Sequence record: MT939492.1
Length of the DNA stretch: 64,000 bases
Reading direction: 5' to 3' (one strand)
Each line of letters opens with the position of its first letter. Position 1 is the first letter of the stretch. The position numbers and the translations under genes were made by a program. Below the pieces are notes generated by a model. That model was not told the DNA's origin, made no database searches, and saw nothing but the letters and a program-made list of their open reading frames with translations. Below are positions 27,973 through 38,920 of this stretch, piece by piece.

Positions 27973-29946
27973 ATGAGTGTGAACACCGAAGAGAACGGCA
28001 CCCAGGCCTCCTCCCGTGACCGTGCACGTGAATCCGTGCCGTCGGGCAACGATCGCCGCGATGACCGTGGTGACCGCAACGAAAGCCGCAGCCGTGAGCA
28101 GCGCGCCAACCGTCGCGCCAGCGTTTCCAGCATCGAAGCCGATCTGGCTCGTCCGATGTCCATCGAGGGCAACGGCGAACTGCTGACCGTCGTCAAGAAC
28201 AAGATCCAGGACATCCTGAAGGACAACCTGAAGTCGACCTACGACGGCAGCTTCGGCGTGCTGGCCCTGGATCGCAACCAGATCAAGACCGGCTTCTCGG
28301 TCCTGGTGATCTACTTCAACGAGCGTTCGGGCAACAGCCAGTACACCGGCGCCTTCAAGCTGATCCTGGAAGGCACCGGCAGCAGCGCCCGCCTGACCCG
28401 TCCGGTCAACATCGGCTCCAGCAGCTACACCCGTCAGCTGGTCGCCGGCGACCTGGAAGGCCCGGCCCTGACCGACAAGATCAGCCGCGCCCTGTCCGAG
28501 CTGAGCGGCGCCAGCGTCGAGCTGTACGACGCCGGCACGATGGTGATCCACAACACCGTGGACCCGGAGAAGCACGAAGGCAAGCTGAAGCAGTGCGTGC
28601 AGATCGCCACCCAGGCCTGCTTCACCGTCCTGGACCGCGCCACCGGCCAGCAGGAAACCCCCTTCTCGCCGCAGATGCTGGGCAAGAAGACCGTCCTGTC
28701 CGTGAACATCGACAGCAACCCGACGCCGCTGACCTCGGCCGGCGGCCTGCCGATCCGTACCGACTTCTCCATCGAACTGTCCGCCAGCGAGAACCGCAGC
28801 CGCGATGATCGTGACCGTGACGATGCCACCGACGAAGAAGTGCTGCACAGCACCGACGTGGCGCTGACCCGCCTCGACGGCTACATGGACCTGGTCTACA
28901 TCCCGCAGGGCCGTGACAGCGATCGCCGCCGCGATCGTCGCAACCGTCGCGACTTCGTCGATCCGCTGTACCAGCCGGCGCTGGTCATCACCCGTGCGGC
29001 CAACCGCATCTCGGCGCTGACCATGGAGCTGTTCCTGCTCTCCATCGCGACCTCCACCATCATGGACCGTCGCCAGGAGTGGGTGAACCAGTTCCTGCGT
29101 CACGATGATGCCCGTGCTCACCTGCGTGACATCGGCGCCATCGGCTACGAGCTGGCCCCGCACCTGGATCCGGGCGCCAAGGGCGAGCTGATCGACACCC
29201 AGCGTGCCGACTTCGACCGCCGTGCTCTGAACGAGCTGATCGAAGATGCCATGTCCCCGGACCTCGTCGTGCGCATGCACATCGAAGAATCCGGCGACCA
29301 GTCCTGGCTGTCGCTGGCTCTGCTGGCAGCGGCGGAAGGCGGCAAGGGCAGTGCGGAAGTGGCCGACATGATCTACAAGGCCGCCGACAACCTGACCGAC
29401 GGCAACTTCGGTGATCGCTTCAAGGAACTGGGCGGCACCAAGATCGCGATCGATCTGCAGGACCGCATCATCCTGGGCGTGTACAAGGACAAGTTCGGCG
29501 AAGCGCGCGACCCGCGTGAAGTCGACGATTACCTGGCCTCGCTGAACCTGTTCGGCAAGAACGACATGGACATCGTCGAAGACCTGTCGAACACCCACGA
29601 TGACGTCGACGCTCCGCTGGCGGTCCGCCTGCACAAGCGTACCGAGATCCTCCGTCACGCCACCAACGAGACGCTGGAAATCAAGGCCTACGCTCGCGCC
29701 ATCGAGTTCACCTCGGAGTTCATCGAGGCGCTGGTGCTCGGCCTGCAGGACGCCGACATGGACATGCGTTCCAACGGCCTGAACCTGGACTACCGCCAGG
29801 GCACCAGCCGTGGTCGCAACGACGCCACCCGCAACGCCATCCGCAGCGATCGCGTGTCGAACCTGTACCGCGACGGCGGCCGGGATCGCGACACCGGTGG
29901 CCGTGGCTCGGCCTTCGGTCGCGGTCGTTACGCCAACCGCTGGTAA
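27973..29946 (+). CDS. chmA: Chimallin, phage nuclear shell protein (phiKZ gp54-like)
   Basis: 657 aa, very strong codon bias, between the gp52-like gene and the Zn/DFDGD nvRNAP subunit; disordered termini; RQLVAGDL and LYQPALVIT segments match recalled ChmA core. Confidence 0.85.
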   Translation: MSVNTEENGTQASSRDRARESVPSGNDRRDDRGDRNESRSREQRANRRASVSSIEADLARPMSIEGNGELLTVVKNKIQDILKDNLKSTYDGSFGVLALDRNQIKTGFSVLVIYFNERSGNSQYTGAFKLILEGTGSSARLTRPVNIGSSSYTRQLVAGDLEGPALTDKISRALSELSGASVELYDAGTMVIHNTVDPEKHEGKLKQCVQIATQACFTVLDRATGQQETPFSPQMLGKKTVLSVNIDSNPTPLTSAGGLPIRTDFSIELSASENRSRDDRDRDDATDEEVLHSTDVALTRLDGYMDLVYIPQGRDSDRRRDRRNRRDFVDPLYQPALVITRAANRISALTMELFLLSIATSTIMDRRQEWVNQFLRHDDARAHLRDIGAIGYELAPHLDPGAKGELIDTQRADFDRRALNELIEDAMSPDLVVRMHIEESGDQSWLSLALLAAAEGGKGSAEVADMIYKAADNLTDGNFGDRFKELGGTKIAIDLQDRIILGVYKDKFGEARDPREVDDYLASLNLFGKNDMDIVEDLSNTHDDVDAPLAVRLHKRTEILRHATNETLEIKAYARAIEFTSEFIEALVLGLQDADMDMRSNGLNLDYRQGTSRGRNDATRNAIRSDRVSNLYRDGGRDRDTGGRGSAFGRGRYANRW

Positions 29947-29988
29947 GCAACAAGCGCGTCACGCAAGTGGCGCGTTGATGTAGTGAGA

Positions 29989-30022
29989 GGCCGGGGGGTA
30001 AAACCCCCGGTCTTTCTTTTTT
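29989..30022 (+). terminator. Intrinsic terminator after chmA
   Basis: CCGGGGG/CCCCCGG stem followed by TCTTTCTTTTTT. Confidence 0.8.
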
Positions 30023-30050
30023 GTCTCTATGCCCGAGCGGAGATGTTCCT

Positions 30051-31469
30051 TTGTCCATCATGTTCGAGATCGTCGACCACAACAAGCTGTTCCAAAGCTT
30101 GTCGGTGGATCCGATGTTTATCAACGAATTCGACCTGAAGACGGAAGAAGACCGTAAGCGGCTCGACTCACGACTGTTCACACGTTACGAGGGCGACTCG
30201 CCTTTGGACGTGTTGCCGCGATGCCAGTGCGGGCACTTGACAGGCGGACGCTTCACCGGGATGATCTGTCCCGAGTGCGGCTACCAATGTCTGGTGGTCA
30301 GTGAGCGCAACATCGAATCGGATATGTGGATGGCGCCGCCTCCCGGCGTGCGTGCTTTCATCAATCCACTGATCTGGGTCATCTTCAGCAAGTACATGAC
30401 CCACTCCGGTTTCAACGTTCTGGAATACCTGGTCAATCCGTACTACAAGGCGAACCGATACCCCGAGCAAATCATGGAGCGCCTGCGCCGTGCAGACATT
30501 CCAAGGGGCCTCAACTTCTTCCATGACAATTTCGACAAGATCTTCGAGATTCTCCTGAAGGAGCGCCTGCTGAACATCCGCAAGGATGAGAAAGCGGACC
30601 TGATCCAGTTCGTCAACGAGAACCGCCCAGCAATCTTCTCCAAGTACCTGCCGATTCCCAACAAGATGTCTTTCGTGGCAGAAGACACCAGCGTTGGGTT
30701 CTTCATGGACACGCAGATGGCCACTCCGGCATTTGCGGCATTCCGGACAATCTCCGGAGCTGTGAACTCGGTAAGGCCGCTCACACTGGATGTCCTCCAG
30801 TCCCGAGCAGTGAAAGCCAATGTGCTGATGACTCAGTACTACATGGCCTTCCACGGTAAGCCCTTCGGCGCACGTGAAGGGTGGTCGCGAAAACACATCT
30901 TCGGCTCGCGTCTGTTCTTCAGCGCACGAGCGGTGATCTCCTCGCTGAGCGAGAACCACCACTACGAGGAAGTGCATCTGCCGTGGTCCCTGGCTGTGGT
31001 TGGCTACAAGCTCCACATTCAGAACAAGCTCAAGCGGCTGGGCATGACGCCCAAGGAGGCCGCGCGTTACATCAACGATTGTACCATGCGGTACGACCCG
31101 CTGATTGACAGCATCTTCAAGGAACTGATCGAAGAGTCCGCCAATGGCGGCTTGCCGATTATCCTGCAGCGCAACCCCACGTTGGATCGACTCAGTGCTC
31201 AGCGCCTGCTGGCCACCAAGATCAAGACCAACGTGCGAGACGTTACCATCTCGATGTCGACGCTGGTCCTGGTTGGGCCTAACGCTGACTTCGATGGCGA
31301 CGCCCTCAATGTCATCCTGATTCTTGACAAGGATATGTATGACAAGCTTCAACGCCTGGCACCCCATCTCGGGGTTCTGGACTTGATGGCCCCGCGAACC
31401 ATCTCCAATAACGTGAAGCTGCCGGGTCCGGTAGTCTCGACGATTGCAGATTGGCTCTCACGAGCATAG
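30051..31469 (+). CDS. Non-virion RNA polymerase beta'-like subunit, N-terminal part with catalytic motif (phiKZ gp55-like)
   Basis: Zn finger CQCGHL...CPECG, RAVISS, QRNPTL, catalytic NADFDGD; start uncertain (TTG 30051 or ATG 30060). Confidence 0.92.
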   Translation: MSIMFEIVDHNKLFQSLSVDPMFINEFDLKTEEDRKRLDSRLFTRYEGDSPLDVLPRCQCGHLTGGRFTGMICPECGYQCLVVSERNIESDMWMAPPPGVRAFINPLIWVIFSKYMTHSGFNVLEYLVNPYYKANRYPEQIMERLRRADIPRGLNFFHDNFDKIFEILLKERLLNIRKDEKADLIQFVNENRPAIFSKYLPIPNKMSFVAEDTSVGFFMDTQMATPAFAAFRTISGAVNSVRPLTLDVLQSRAVKANVLMTQYYMAFHGKPFGAREGWSRKHIFGSRLFFSARAVISSLSENHHYEEVHLPWSLAVVGYKLHIQNKLKRLGMTPKEAARYINDCTMRYDPLIDSIFKELIEESANGGLPIILQRNPTLDRLSAQRLLATKIKTNVRDVTISMSTLVLVGPNADFDGDALNVILILDKDMYDKLQRLAPHLGVLDLMAPRTISNNVKLPGPVVSTIADWLSRA

Positions 31470-31543
31470 CGGGGATTCGCGCGGCATACGGGGAGGCCTT
31501 CGGGCCTCCCCGCTATGTTGTCCCTCAAACTGGATGATCCCCC

Positions 31544-32077
31544 ATGGACACCCTAAATACACAAGGTGATGGAAACCGTCATGAGCTGAATACCTTACTC
31601 CACCAAACACTTCGGTCATTCTCCAAGCGTCACTACCGAACTCCTGCCCACTTCGGTGGTAAGCAGTTCCTGTGCGATGAAGAGAACGACTTCAAGGTAT
31701 GCTTGAACAAGCGAAGCGTAGAGATCGTAGGATTCTCTCACGACGGCGAAAAGAAGCGTAACCTGCGGGTCTCGGAAGTACACGAGACGGTGAACAACCA
31801 AGCCCGTATGGACTACGTGGAACGATTGCTGGAGTTGTACAAGAGGACGATCGACAAGGACCGTAGCGGGATCTACTACGTATTGGAACACCCTTACCGC
31901 GAAGGAGCTATCAGGAACCGCCTGCTCTCGTTTGCCTCCACGGTACTCAACGACAAGTTGAATCTGGGAGTCGAATACAGCTGTGCTTCAGGCCTGATGC
32001 TTGTAACGATCAACAGTCACAAGGGCGACCGCCGTCTCATGATGATGCCGGTTACGCCTGTACCACGAATACTCTGA
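31544..32077 (+). CDS. Hypothetical protein
   Basis: 177 aa ORF, lower GC than core genes. Confidence 0.6.
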   Translation: MDTLNTQGDGNRHELNTLLHQTLRSFSKRHYRTPAHFGGKQFLCDEENDFKVCLNKRSVEIVGFSHDGEKKRNLRVSEVHETVNNQARMDYVERLLELYKRTIDKDRSGIYYVLEHPYREGAIRNRLLSFASTVLNDKLNLGVEYSCASGLMLVTINSHKGDRRLMMMPVTPVPRIL

Positions 32078-32263
32078 TCCAGTCCCCGTTAAGGGATCGC
32101 TGGGATTACCGAACTTTGTTGGCCTGTTATAGTTGGAAGAAGAAAAGAGTTCCCCCGCTCTTTTCTTTTGTCGTCAAAACAGTTTCAGACCTACACTATC
32201 TAAAAGAATACGGATGAAGGGATATGGTGTGATGTATCCCTAATCCACCTAACGAGTCCAGAA

Positions 32264-32794
32264 ATGAAACAGGGGACAATTGCCAAGGTGGCAATGGCGC
32301 TTTTTGAGGCCCTCGCGCCTGACCATTCAGAGGAAGATAAGGTCAGATACGCGAGTCATTGCCAGCTGGTGACCGAGCACACCAATCCACGAAGGATTCG
32401 GTATCGGGCAGGAGAAGTGTCGCTGTCGGGACGTGCCAAGAGCGTTGAGCTGATGGCCACGTACCACGGAAAGACTACCTACGCGTTTCATCCGCCGCTT
32501 CAGAGCCTTGAAGCGGAGATCATCTTTGCCATCCTCGATTGCTACAAGACCGGTAGCGGTGTCAGCCACATCCTGTTGGAAGACATCACGAAGGAAGGCA
32601 CGCAGCTCGCGATTCGTGAGGTGTCGATCAAGGAACTGATGCGCTACATCGTACCCGACGCTATTTTGCTGAAAGACAGCAATGCGCGAGTCACGATCGA
32701 GTTCGAAGACAAATATCTACAAGTGTGCGGGTTGGCTGCACGTTACGGCTTTGACGGTGTCGAAGTGGTGCGTCGCGTCTACTTCCGCGAATAA
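32264..32794 (+). CDS. Hypothetical protein
   Basis: 176 aa ORF downstream of promoter-like motif TTTCAGACCTACACTATCT (32184-32202). Confidence 0.65.
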   Translation: MKQGTIAKVAMALFEALAPDHSEEDKVRYASHCQLVTEHTNPRRIRYRAGEVSLSGRAKSVELMATYHGKTTYAFHPPLQSLEAEIIFAILDCYKTGSGVSHILLEDITKEGTQLAIREVSIKELMRYIVPDAILLKDSNARVTIEFEDKYLQVCGLAARYGFDGVEVVRRVYFRE

Positions 32795-32906
32795 ACCAGA
32801 GGAGGGCTCAGGCCCTCCTCTATGCCGCAATCCCATAGATTCTATTGAAAATGGACTAAAAAACTACATAGAGAACCTACCATATGCAATCATTAGAGGA
32901 GCAGTA

Positions 32907-33527
32907 ATGGCCAGATTTATCGAAGGCGACGACGAGTCGTTTGACTACATGTTCTACGGGGAGCAAGACCGTGGACTGCAGTCTTACTTCTCCGAGCGCC
33001 TTGAGCGCGCATCATCAGGTCTCCAGCGAGCAGGCTCGGAGTTCCTGGAGCGGGCCAGGAACATGCACGAGCGGTTCTACAACTCCGACGCAGTTCGTTA
33101 CGCCCGAGCCGCCGCACGCATCGTGGAGAGCGTGTGGACCAGCGACGAGGTTCGACGTATCGTAGACCTGAAGGGTCTGCAGACCGCCAAGCCGCGCATG
33201 CAGCGCTGGCTGATGGCAGAGCCGACCTATCGCAAGTTGTACAACGAAGGCCGCGCCGCAGGTTACGGCGAGAGCTACGAGGACATCGATCCGGGCAAGC
33301 TCGGCGAAGAGCATTACGACTATCGTCGTGTCATGTCTGGCATGGTGGTGGAGCTGGAAGGCGATTGCGATTGGGAGTCGACCACCTATGACGAAGACCT
33401 GCATGACGAGAATGATCGTCTGATGGTCGACGAACAGGTGGACATCACCGAGTCGTGGCACCTGATGGCGCACTACGCCAAGCTGGGCAAGAATGACCCC
33501 GGCAGTCGTTTCGACGACGAGCTGTAA
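32907..33527 (+). CDS. Conserved Chimalliviridae core protein (phiKZ gp59-like)
   Basis: ATG 32907 with GAGGAG RBS; RWLMAEP...GY...Y.D.DPG...EEHYDYRRVMSG segment recalled from this core family. Confidence 0.7.
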   Translation: MARFIEGDDESFDYMFYGEQDRGLQSYFSERLERASSGLQRAGSEFLERARNMHERFYNSDAVRYARAAARIVESVWTSDEVRRIVDLKGLQTAKPRMQRWLMAEPTYRKLYNEGRAAGYGESYEDIDPGKLGEEHYDYRRVMSGMVVELEGDCDWESTTYDEDLHDENDRLMVDEQVDITESWHLMAHYAKLGKNDPGSRFDDEL

Positions 33528-33581
33528 GAAATGGTATAGGCCGCCCCGCAATGGGGCGGCAGCATTTCAATGGAGCTCGCA

Positions 33582-33977
33582 ATGACCGGTATCTTCACGT
33601 TGTCTTCCAAGGGCCCTGCACGGAGCATTCAGGAAACTGCCGACATGGCGGTCTCTTATTTCCTGGTGGCCGAGTATTCCCAGAGCACCATGTTCTTTGA
33701 AGAGGTCCAGTCGTTCCCCTGGATCATTCAGGCGTACAGCAGTGATGAGACAGCACTGAAGCAGCAGATCGAAGCACGGCTGCAGCAGCACCTGTCTCAC
33801 TTCTTCGATGGCGCGCAGGTCGAAGTGGACACCAGCGAGAAAGTGGTAGGCGATGAGAACCGACTCCATGTGGTTATCACCGCAACTGTTACTCGCGGTG
33901 GCTATGCCTACTGCGTGGGGCACGAAATCAGTACCTATCAAGGCACAGTACTGCGCATCATGAAGCTCAGCAACTGA
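33582..33977 (+). CDS. Conserved protein, possibly gp25/GPW-like baseplate wedge fold
   Basis: GGAG RBS; helix-helix-beta layout ending AQVEVD...LHVVITATV; function inferred only. Confidence 0.6.
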   Translation: MTGIFTLSSKGPARSIQETADMAVSYFLVAEYSQSTMFFEEVQSFPWIIQAYSSDETALKQQIEARLQQHLSHFFDGAQVEVDTSEKVVGDENRLHVVITATVTRGGYAYCVGHEISTYQGTVLRIMKLSN

Positions 33978-34013
33978 CCTTATTTTTTTCTTTCAAAACA
34001 GGCACAATAAGAA

Positions 34014-35087
34014 ATGACCCAGAGTGCGATTCTTCCGAAGAATGACCCGCGCGTCGGCGCTGAGCTGGACAAGCTGATCCAGGCGATGGTTGCCTTCGAG
34101 CAGGACGAGTCCGGCGATCTCGGCAAAGCCACCAGCGAAATCATCACCATCCTGCAGAACCCCGAAGCAGCCGCCGCCGTCGGCGCATTCCGCGATGACC
34201 TGGTCCAGCTGCTCAACCTGTCCCAGCCGGCCAACGAATCGGCAATCGCCAACGAACTGGTGATGCATACCCCGGCGACCCTGCGTACGCTGGGCGACAT
34301 GACCGGCATCCCCTACGGCGATCGCGCCGGCCGTTTCGAGGGCGCTGAAGCCGCCATGGAGCTGGACACCCTGGAAGAGCTGCCGCCGCACGACCCCAAC
34401 GTCAACGTGGCCGACACCATCGCTGCCGAAGAAGCCACCCGCAACGACTTCGAAGATGCCGTCCAGGCCCTGGGCGACAGCGCCGTCGGCGATCTGATCA
34501 AGCGCCTGTACGACCAGATCCAGCAGACCAACCGCAAGGTCACCTACCTGGAACAGCAGAACCGCCAGCTGTCCAAGCGCCTGGCCGAACCGCTGCAGCA
34601 GATCATGGAAGGCAGCGTCCGCCAGATCGCCGAACTGCGTACCGCCATCGAAGACCTGCGTGTCGACGCCGGCTACCTGTCCTTCGGTGCCCTGGCCGAC
34701 CTGATGACCACCGCGTCCAAGAACGTGGAAAACACCATCAAGCGCCGCCACGACCACCGCGTCAACAAGGCCCGCACCACGGTGGAGTTCTCCGAGCAGA
34801 AGAAGGACGAACGCTCGGTCCTGGTCACCCTGTTCCCGGCCGATGACCCGGTCAGCCCGAACAAGTTCGAGGTCAAGAACCGCGTCGACGGCCAGTGGGT
34901 CGACGTCACCAAGGAGATCCCGAGCTTCGCGTTGGAAATGGTCTGCGAGCAGTTGCAGGTTCGCGGCCTGAACGACGGCAAGCGCCGCTGGGCGAACATC
35001 ACGATCAACTTGCCGGAAGAAGCGCCGGCCGTTGGCGAGGAAGCCGCCCAGGACCAGCACGACCACGACCACGATCACCAGCACTGA
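34014..35087 (+). CDS. Hypothetical protein with coiled-coil and His-rich C-terminus
   Basis: 357 aa, strong codon bias, ends QDQHDHDHDHQH. Confidence 0.8.
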   Translation: MTQSAILPKNDPRVGAELDKLIQAMVAFEQDESGDLGKATSEIITILQNPEAAAAVGAFRDDLVQLLNLSQPANESAIANELVMHTPATLRTLGDMTGIPYGDRAGRFEGAEAAMELDTLEELPPHDPNVNVADTIAAEEATRNDFEDAVQALGDSAVGDLIKRLYDQIQQTNRKVTYLEQQNRQLSKRLAEPLQQIMEGSVRQIAELRTAIEDLRVDAGYLSFGALADLMTTASKNVENTIKRRHDHRVNKARTTVEFSEQKKDERSVLVTLFPADDPVSPNKFEVKNRVDGQWVDVTKEIPSFALEMVCEQLQVRGLNDGKRRWANITINLPEEAPAVGEEAAQDQHDHDHDHQH

Positions 35088-35142
35088 TCGACGTCATCAT
35101 GACCCGGTGAATTAAGTAGCCGGGTCTCACAAGGCAGAGCAC

Positions 35143-35739
35143 ATGTCCAACAACCCCAATGAGTCGGTCGATCCGCGTTCGATTGACCAGATCCTGACCG
35201 AGCGTCAGGCAGCGCCGTACCTCAAGGCGCTGAAGAACATCATCGAGATGAACGAGGCTGATGTCCCGGTCGTCACCGAGCATGCCTTCAAGACGATCAT
35301 CCTTCCCCTGCTGGCCTCGACTGAACCCGAGATCAACATGGAACCGTGGGTGGACTTGGCGGGCAACCCCAATCGTCCGATCAACGTGGTCGATCATGCG
35401 GGCAAGCTGCTGTTCCAGCTGCCGGCACTGATGTCCATGCGAGCCACGCGCTTTGCTGTCGTCAACGACGCCTCGTTCCTGGAGATCTTCCGTCGTACGG
35501 AAGCCATCCGCATCAAGAGCCCCTACGCTGCCCGTCAGGCGTCGGAGAAGATGCTGGAAGGACGCGTCTACGATCCGGGCGTGAACTACGACACCGCCGT
35601 GGTCATGGATGGCATCTTCCGTCGCTACGGTCTGCCGCCGCTGTTCGAAGACGACGGCCCCGACTCCGATACCGCGACCACTGCTGAAGGTGGGCGCAAG
35701 TCCAACATCAGGCCTCCCGATGCGTTCGAAGAGTTCTAA
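35143..35739 (+). CDS. Conserved hypothetical protein
   Basis: 198 aa in core block directly upstream of SbcD-like nuclease. Confidence 0.75.
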   Translation: MSNNPNESVDPRSIDQILTERQAAPYLKALKNIIEMNEADVPVVTEHAFKTIILPLLASTEPEINMEPWVDLAGNPNRPINVVDHAGKLLFQLPALMSMRATRFAVVNDASFLEIFRRTEAIRIKSPYAARQASEKMLEGRVYDPGVNYDTAVVMDGIFRRYGLPPLFEDDGPDSDTATTAEGGRKSNIRPPDAFEEF

Positions 35740-36868
35740 GGGACTGAAGACGATGCAGGTCGGTGATATCCACACCGGCCATGCTCGTACTCCCACTACC
35801 CACATCCTGGCCAATCTGCGTGCAAGCTTCAACCACGAGACCCTGGCCGACGTGGACCTGCTGTGTATCAACGGTGATCTGTTTGACAAGATCCTGTACT
35901 TCCCTAACCCGGCGGTGACAGAGATCCAGTTGTGGGCTGACTATCTACTGCGCGTATGTGCCGACTGTAACGTCGTGCTGCGCGTACTGGAAGGAACCGA
36001 TTCCCACGACGCCAAGCAGAACACCATGTTCACTACGCTGCTGGAAACCAGCCAGCTGAAGATCGACTTCAAGTACCAGAACACGGTGTGCATCGAGTAC
36101 ATCGAAGCTCTGGACATCAACGTGCTGTTTATCCCGGACAACTGGCCGGCAGGTATCGACGGTACGTGGCTTGAGGTGCAGGGTCTTCTGCGTGAGCACG
36201 GCTTGGAGAAGGTGGACTTTGCCTGCATGCACGGCGCGTTCACTCACCAGCTGCCGGAAGTGGTAGCGATCCACGGCGAAGGTGGGATGCACAACCCTGA
36301 TCGTTACTCTGAGATCGTGGAGAAGTACATCTTCATCAACCATGTCCACAAGTCCTCTCGCTACAAGAACATCATCGCCCCAGGCTCCTTCGATCGTCTG
36401 GCGCATGGTGAGGAAGAGGACAAGGGCTTTGTCATGGCCGAGATTGGATACGACGGAAATGACAAGATCACCTTTGTTGTCAACCACCGGGCAATGATAT
36501 ACAAGACGGTGGACTGCTCCGGCCTGATGGCTTCGGAAGTGTTCGAGAAGATCCAAGCATTGGTTGATCTGGGAATGCTGCCCAACAGCTCCTACGTCCG
36601 CCTGCAAGGTAATCGGCACGACCCTGCGATCATTGGCCTGAAAGAGATCCGCCGCGAGTTCCCACTGCTCATCTTCGATGACCCCAAGGTCAACAAAGAG
36701 AAAGTCGTTGAAAGCACGCTATTCACTGACGCACGAAATCGATTCGAAGAAATCACTGTCACACCTGACAACCTAAAACAACTACTCATGCCTCGCATTG
36801 AGGCTCGGCTGGGCGAAGGTGCCCAGTTAACAGGTGTATGCAGTTCACTCATTGATGAGCTACTCTGA
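35720..36868 (+). CDS. SbcD/Mre11-like metallophosphoesterase nuclease
   Basis: Motifs GDIH, NGDLFD, GTDSHD, MHG, NHVH, PGSFDRLAHGEE. Confidence 0.85.
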   Translation: MRSKSSKGLKTMQVGDIHTGHARTPTTHILANLRASFNHETLADVDLLCINGDLFDKILYFPNPAVTEIQLWADYLLRVCADCNVVLRVLEGTDSHDAKQNTMFTTLLETSQLKIDFKYQNTVCIEYIEALDINVLFIPDNWPAGIDGTWLEVQGLLREHGLEKVDFACMHGAFTHQLPEVVAIHGEGGMHNPDRYSEIVEKYIFINHVHKSSRYKNIIAPGSFDRLAHGEEEDKGFVMAEIGYDGNDKITFVVNHRAMIYKTVDCSGLMASEVFEKIQALVDLGMLPNSSYVRLQGNRHDPAIIGLKEIRREFPLLIFDDPKVNKEKVVESTLFTDARNRFEEITVTPDNLKQLLMPRIEARLGEGAQLTGVCSSLIDELL

Positions 36869-36881
36869 AAGGAGTTTTTTC

Positions 36882-38009
36882 GTGAACAAATTTGAGAGCG
36901 AAGTAGCCAAGTTCCTGTCCATGCTGGGGGCTCAGGTAGAGTCCCTTGCCTCCTCAGTACGATCGGCATTGCCCCATTCCCCGATCCACAGCGTGCACCT
37001 CGGCTTCCCGCATGCCGCCTTGGACAACATGAAGCTGTCCGGCGAATGTGCCATCGCCGATACGCTGAAGATGTTGGAGGCCAACGGCGTCACGCACCCG
37101 AACATGCCCAAGGTCGTGAACTACCTGGTCGACCATAAGTTCGCTTGGTCCGGCAGACTGCCGTTCGAAATCCATCGCTACATCGGCGCCGCCGTGGACA
37201 TGGACTCGCTCTATATCACCCAGGGTAAAGAGCCGATCATCCTGACCGACCCGAAGGGCGAGTGGCGGTTCGTCATCAAGCCGAAGAACGACAATACCGG
37301 CTTCTACCGGTCCCAGGAAGCGTCGACGGAAATGGTGCTGGAGTTCCGTGACCAGTTCAGCGAAGGTCAGCTGGAGCTGTCGGCTCTGGGTAACCCGAGG
37401 GCGTTGAAGGTCGAGACGAACGTACGTCATCGAGGCGACATCGTCACGCACCACAATCCGGAGGTATTCCACGAAGACTGGATGAAGGAAACCGTCTTCG
37501 ACCCGCTGACTGCCGCTCTGGAAAAGCTGGCCCTGGAACGCTTGGACGAAACGCTGACTGTCGCCGAGCTGGGCAAATGGGTCACCGAACACGTCGGCCT
37601 GATGATGGAAAACGAGACTCCCGCTCAGTTCACCGAAAAGAGCGTGATGTCCGATAAGCGCATGCTGAACGGCACGTACTTCACCGCGTCGCAGCGCCTG
37701 CATCCCACGCTGGACAGTGAGATCAATCATCGCATCATCCGGCTCGACCACGTCGACAACCACTGCACCTACTCGGCGTGCTTCTCGGTCATCGATCGCG
37801 GCGAGGGCGTGTTCGAGTTTGGCACTGCCCAGGTGGTCTATCAGATTGCATCGGGCATGTCCTCGGGCTACCGCGTGTGGAAGAACAGCCTGGCTGGCCC
37901 GGCCGAGCTGGTAAGGCTGAAGCGGATCTACGCCCCGGTGTTTGCTGGACTCCGGATGAAGAAAGAAGAGCAGGAGGCAGCACCACCCGCTGACACTCCC
38001 GCCGAATAG
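36882..38009 (+). CDS. Hypothetical protein
   Basis: GTG 36882 after GAAAGGAG; 375 aa. Confidence 0.7.
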   Translation: MNKFESEVAKFLSMLGAQVESLASSVRSALPHSPIHSVHLGFPHAALDNMKLSGECAIADTLKMLEANGVTHPNMPKVVNYLVDHKFAWSGRLPFEIHRYIGAAVDMDSLYITQGKEPIILTDPKGEWRFVIKPKNDNTGFYRSQEASTEMVLEFRDQFSEGQLELSALGNPRALKVETNVRHRGDIVTHHNPEVFHEDWMKETVFDPLTAALEKLALERLDETLTVAELGKWVTEHVGLMMENETPAQFTEKSVMSDKRMLNGTYFTASQRLHPTLDSEINHRIIRLDHVDNHCTYSACFSVIDRGEGVFEFGTAQVVYQIASGMSSGYRVWKNSLAGPAELVRLKRIYAPVFAGLRMKKEEQEAAPPADTPAE

Positions 38010-38019
38010 GCCCAGGTGA

Positions 38020-38862
38020 ATGAACATCATCCAACGTAAGCTGGAAGCTCGTGATGTGGGACAGATCCCGGTTTCGATCGGGACGTCCTTGGCGCTGGAG
38101 GGAGCGTTCGGAATCTACCCCGACCGCCCCGTCAGTCCGCCGCCCATCCATTCGGTCAAGCGTGTGTACATCAACGTGCGCACGCTCATCCGCAACCTGA
38201 TCAATGGACTGGATGCAGACGGCAAAGACATGGTTACTGCGGAGCCTGTCTTTGAGGCAGTCGCTGAGGAGATGGAGATCATCTCGGCAGCTATCTCGCG
38301 TCAGGGCAATGCTGGCAACAGCGTCGTCTTCTACGCGCCAAGCTACGTCAGCTTGAACAAGAAGTTCCGGTTTGCCAAGCTCTGGAAACCGAGTACCCCC
38401 CGACAGATTGCGCTGGCAGCAATCGAAGAGACGGTCACCCGACAGATTGCCAAAGAAGTTCGGACCGTGGCTATTTTGCACATGGACACCGATTTCCCCA
38501 GCAACCTGCCGGAGAGCTTCCTGCTCACCCATTATCCGGTGGATCTGCTCTCCCGGTACAGCTTCAAACGAGTGGATCTGCTGGAGTCTCACTCCGGTGT
38601 GATCAAGCCGTTCTCGCAGTGGTACACCAAACTCGGTAGTAGCAAGGAGCTGACCAACGTTCCTTTCAACCGACTGACCCTGCAAGTCTTCGGTGATGGC
38701 GGTAATCACTTTTTCGCGGGATCCAACCCGTGGAAGAAGGCGGTCCTGGAGCTGGCGGAGGAGCGTAATTGGACGCCCGTCACCAGCAACGAACTGGTGG
38801 TCGATTCCATCAGACGGTATAAGGATCCGCTCATCAAAGGTCAGCTGCTGTCCCTGCTGTAA
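38020..38862 (+). CDS. Conserved Chimalliviridae core protein (possibly PIN/5'-3' nuclease-like fold)
   Basis: 280 aa; PVSIGTSLALEG, YINVRTLIRN, LLTHYPVDLL, LESHSG motifs recalled from this core family; fold is inference. Confidence 0.7.
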   Translation: MNIIQRKLEARDVGQIPVSIGTSLALEGAFGIYPDRPVSPPPIHSVKRVYINVRTLIRNLINGLDADGKDMVTAEPVFEAVAEEMEIISAAISRQGNAGNSVVFYAPSYVSLNKKFRFAKLWKPSTPRQIALAAIEETVTRQIAKEVRTVAILHMDTDFPSNLPESFLLTHYPVDLLSRYSFKRVDLLESHSGVIKPFSQWYTKLGSSKELTNVPFNRLTLQVFGDGGNHFFAGSNPWKKAVLELAEERNWTPVTSNELVVDSIRRYKDPLIKGQLLSLL

Positions 38863-38920
38863 TAACTGACGGGGGTAGCAGATAAAATGTACAACGCACC
38901 GCACGGGAAATACAACCAAA

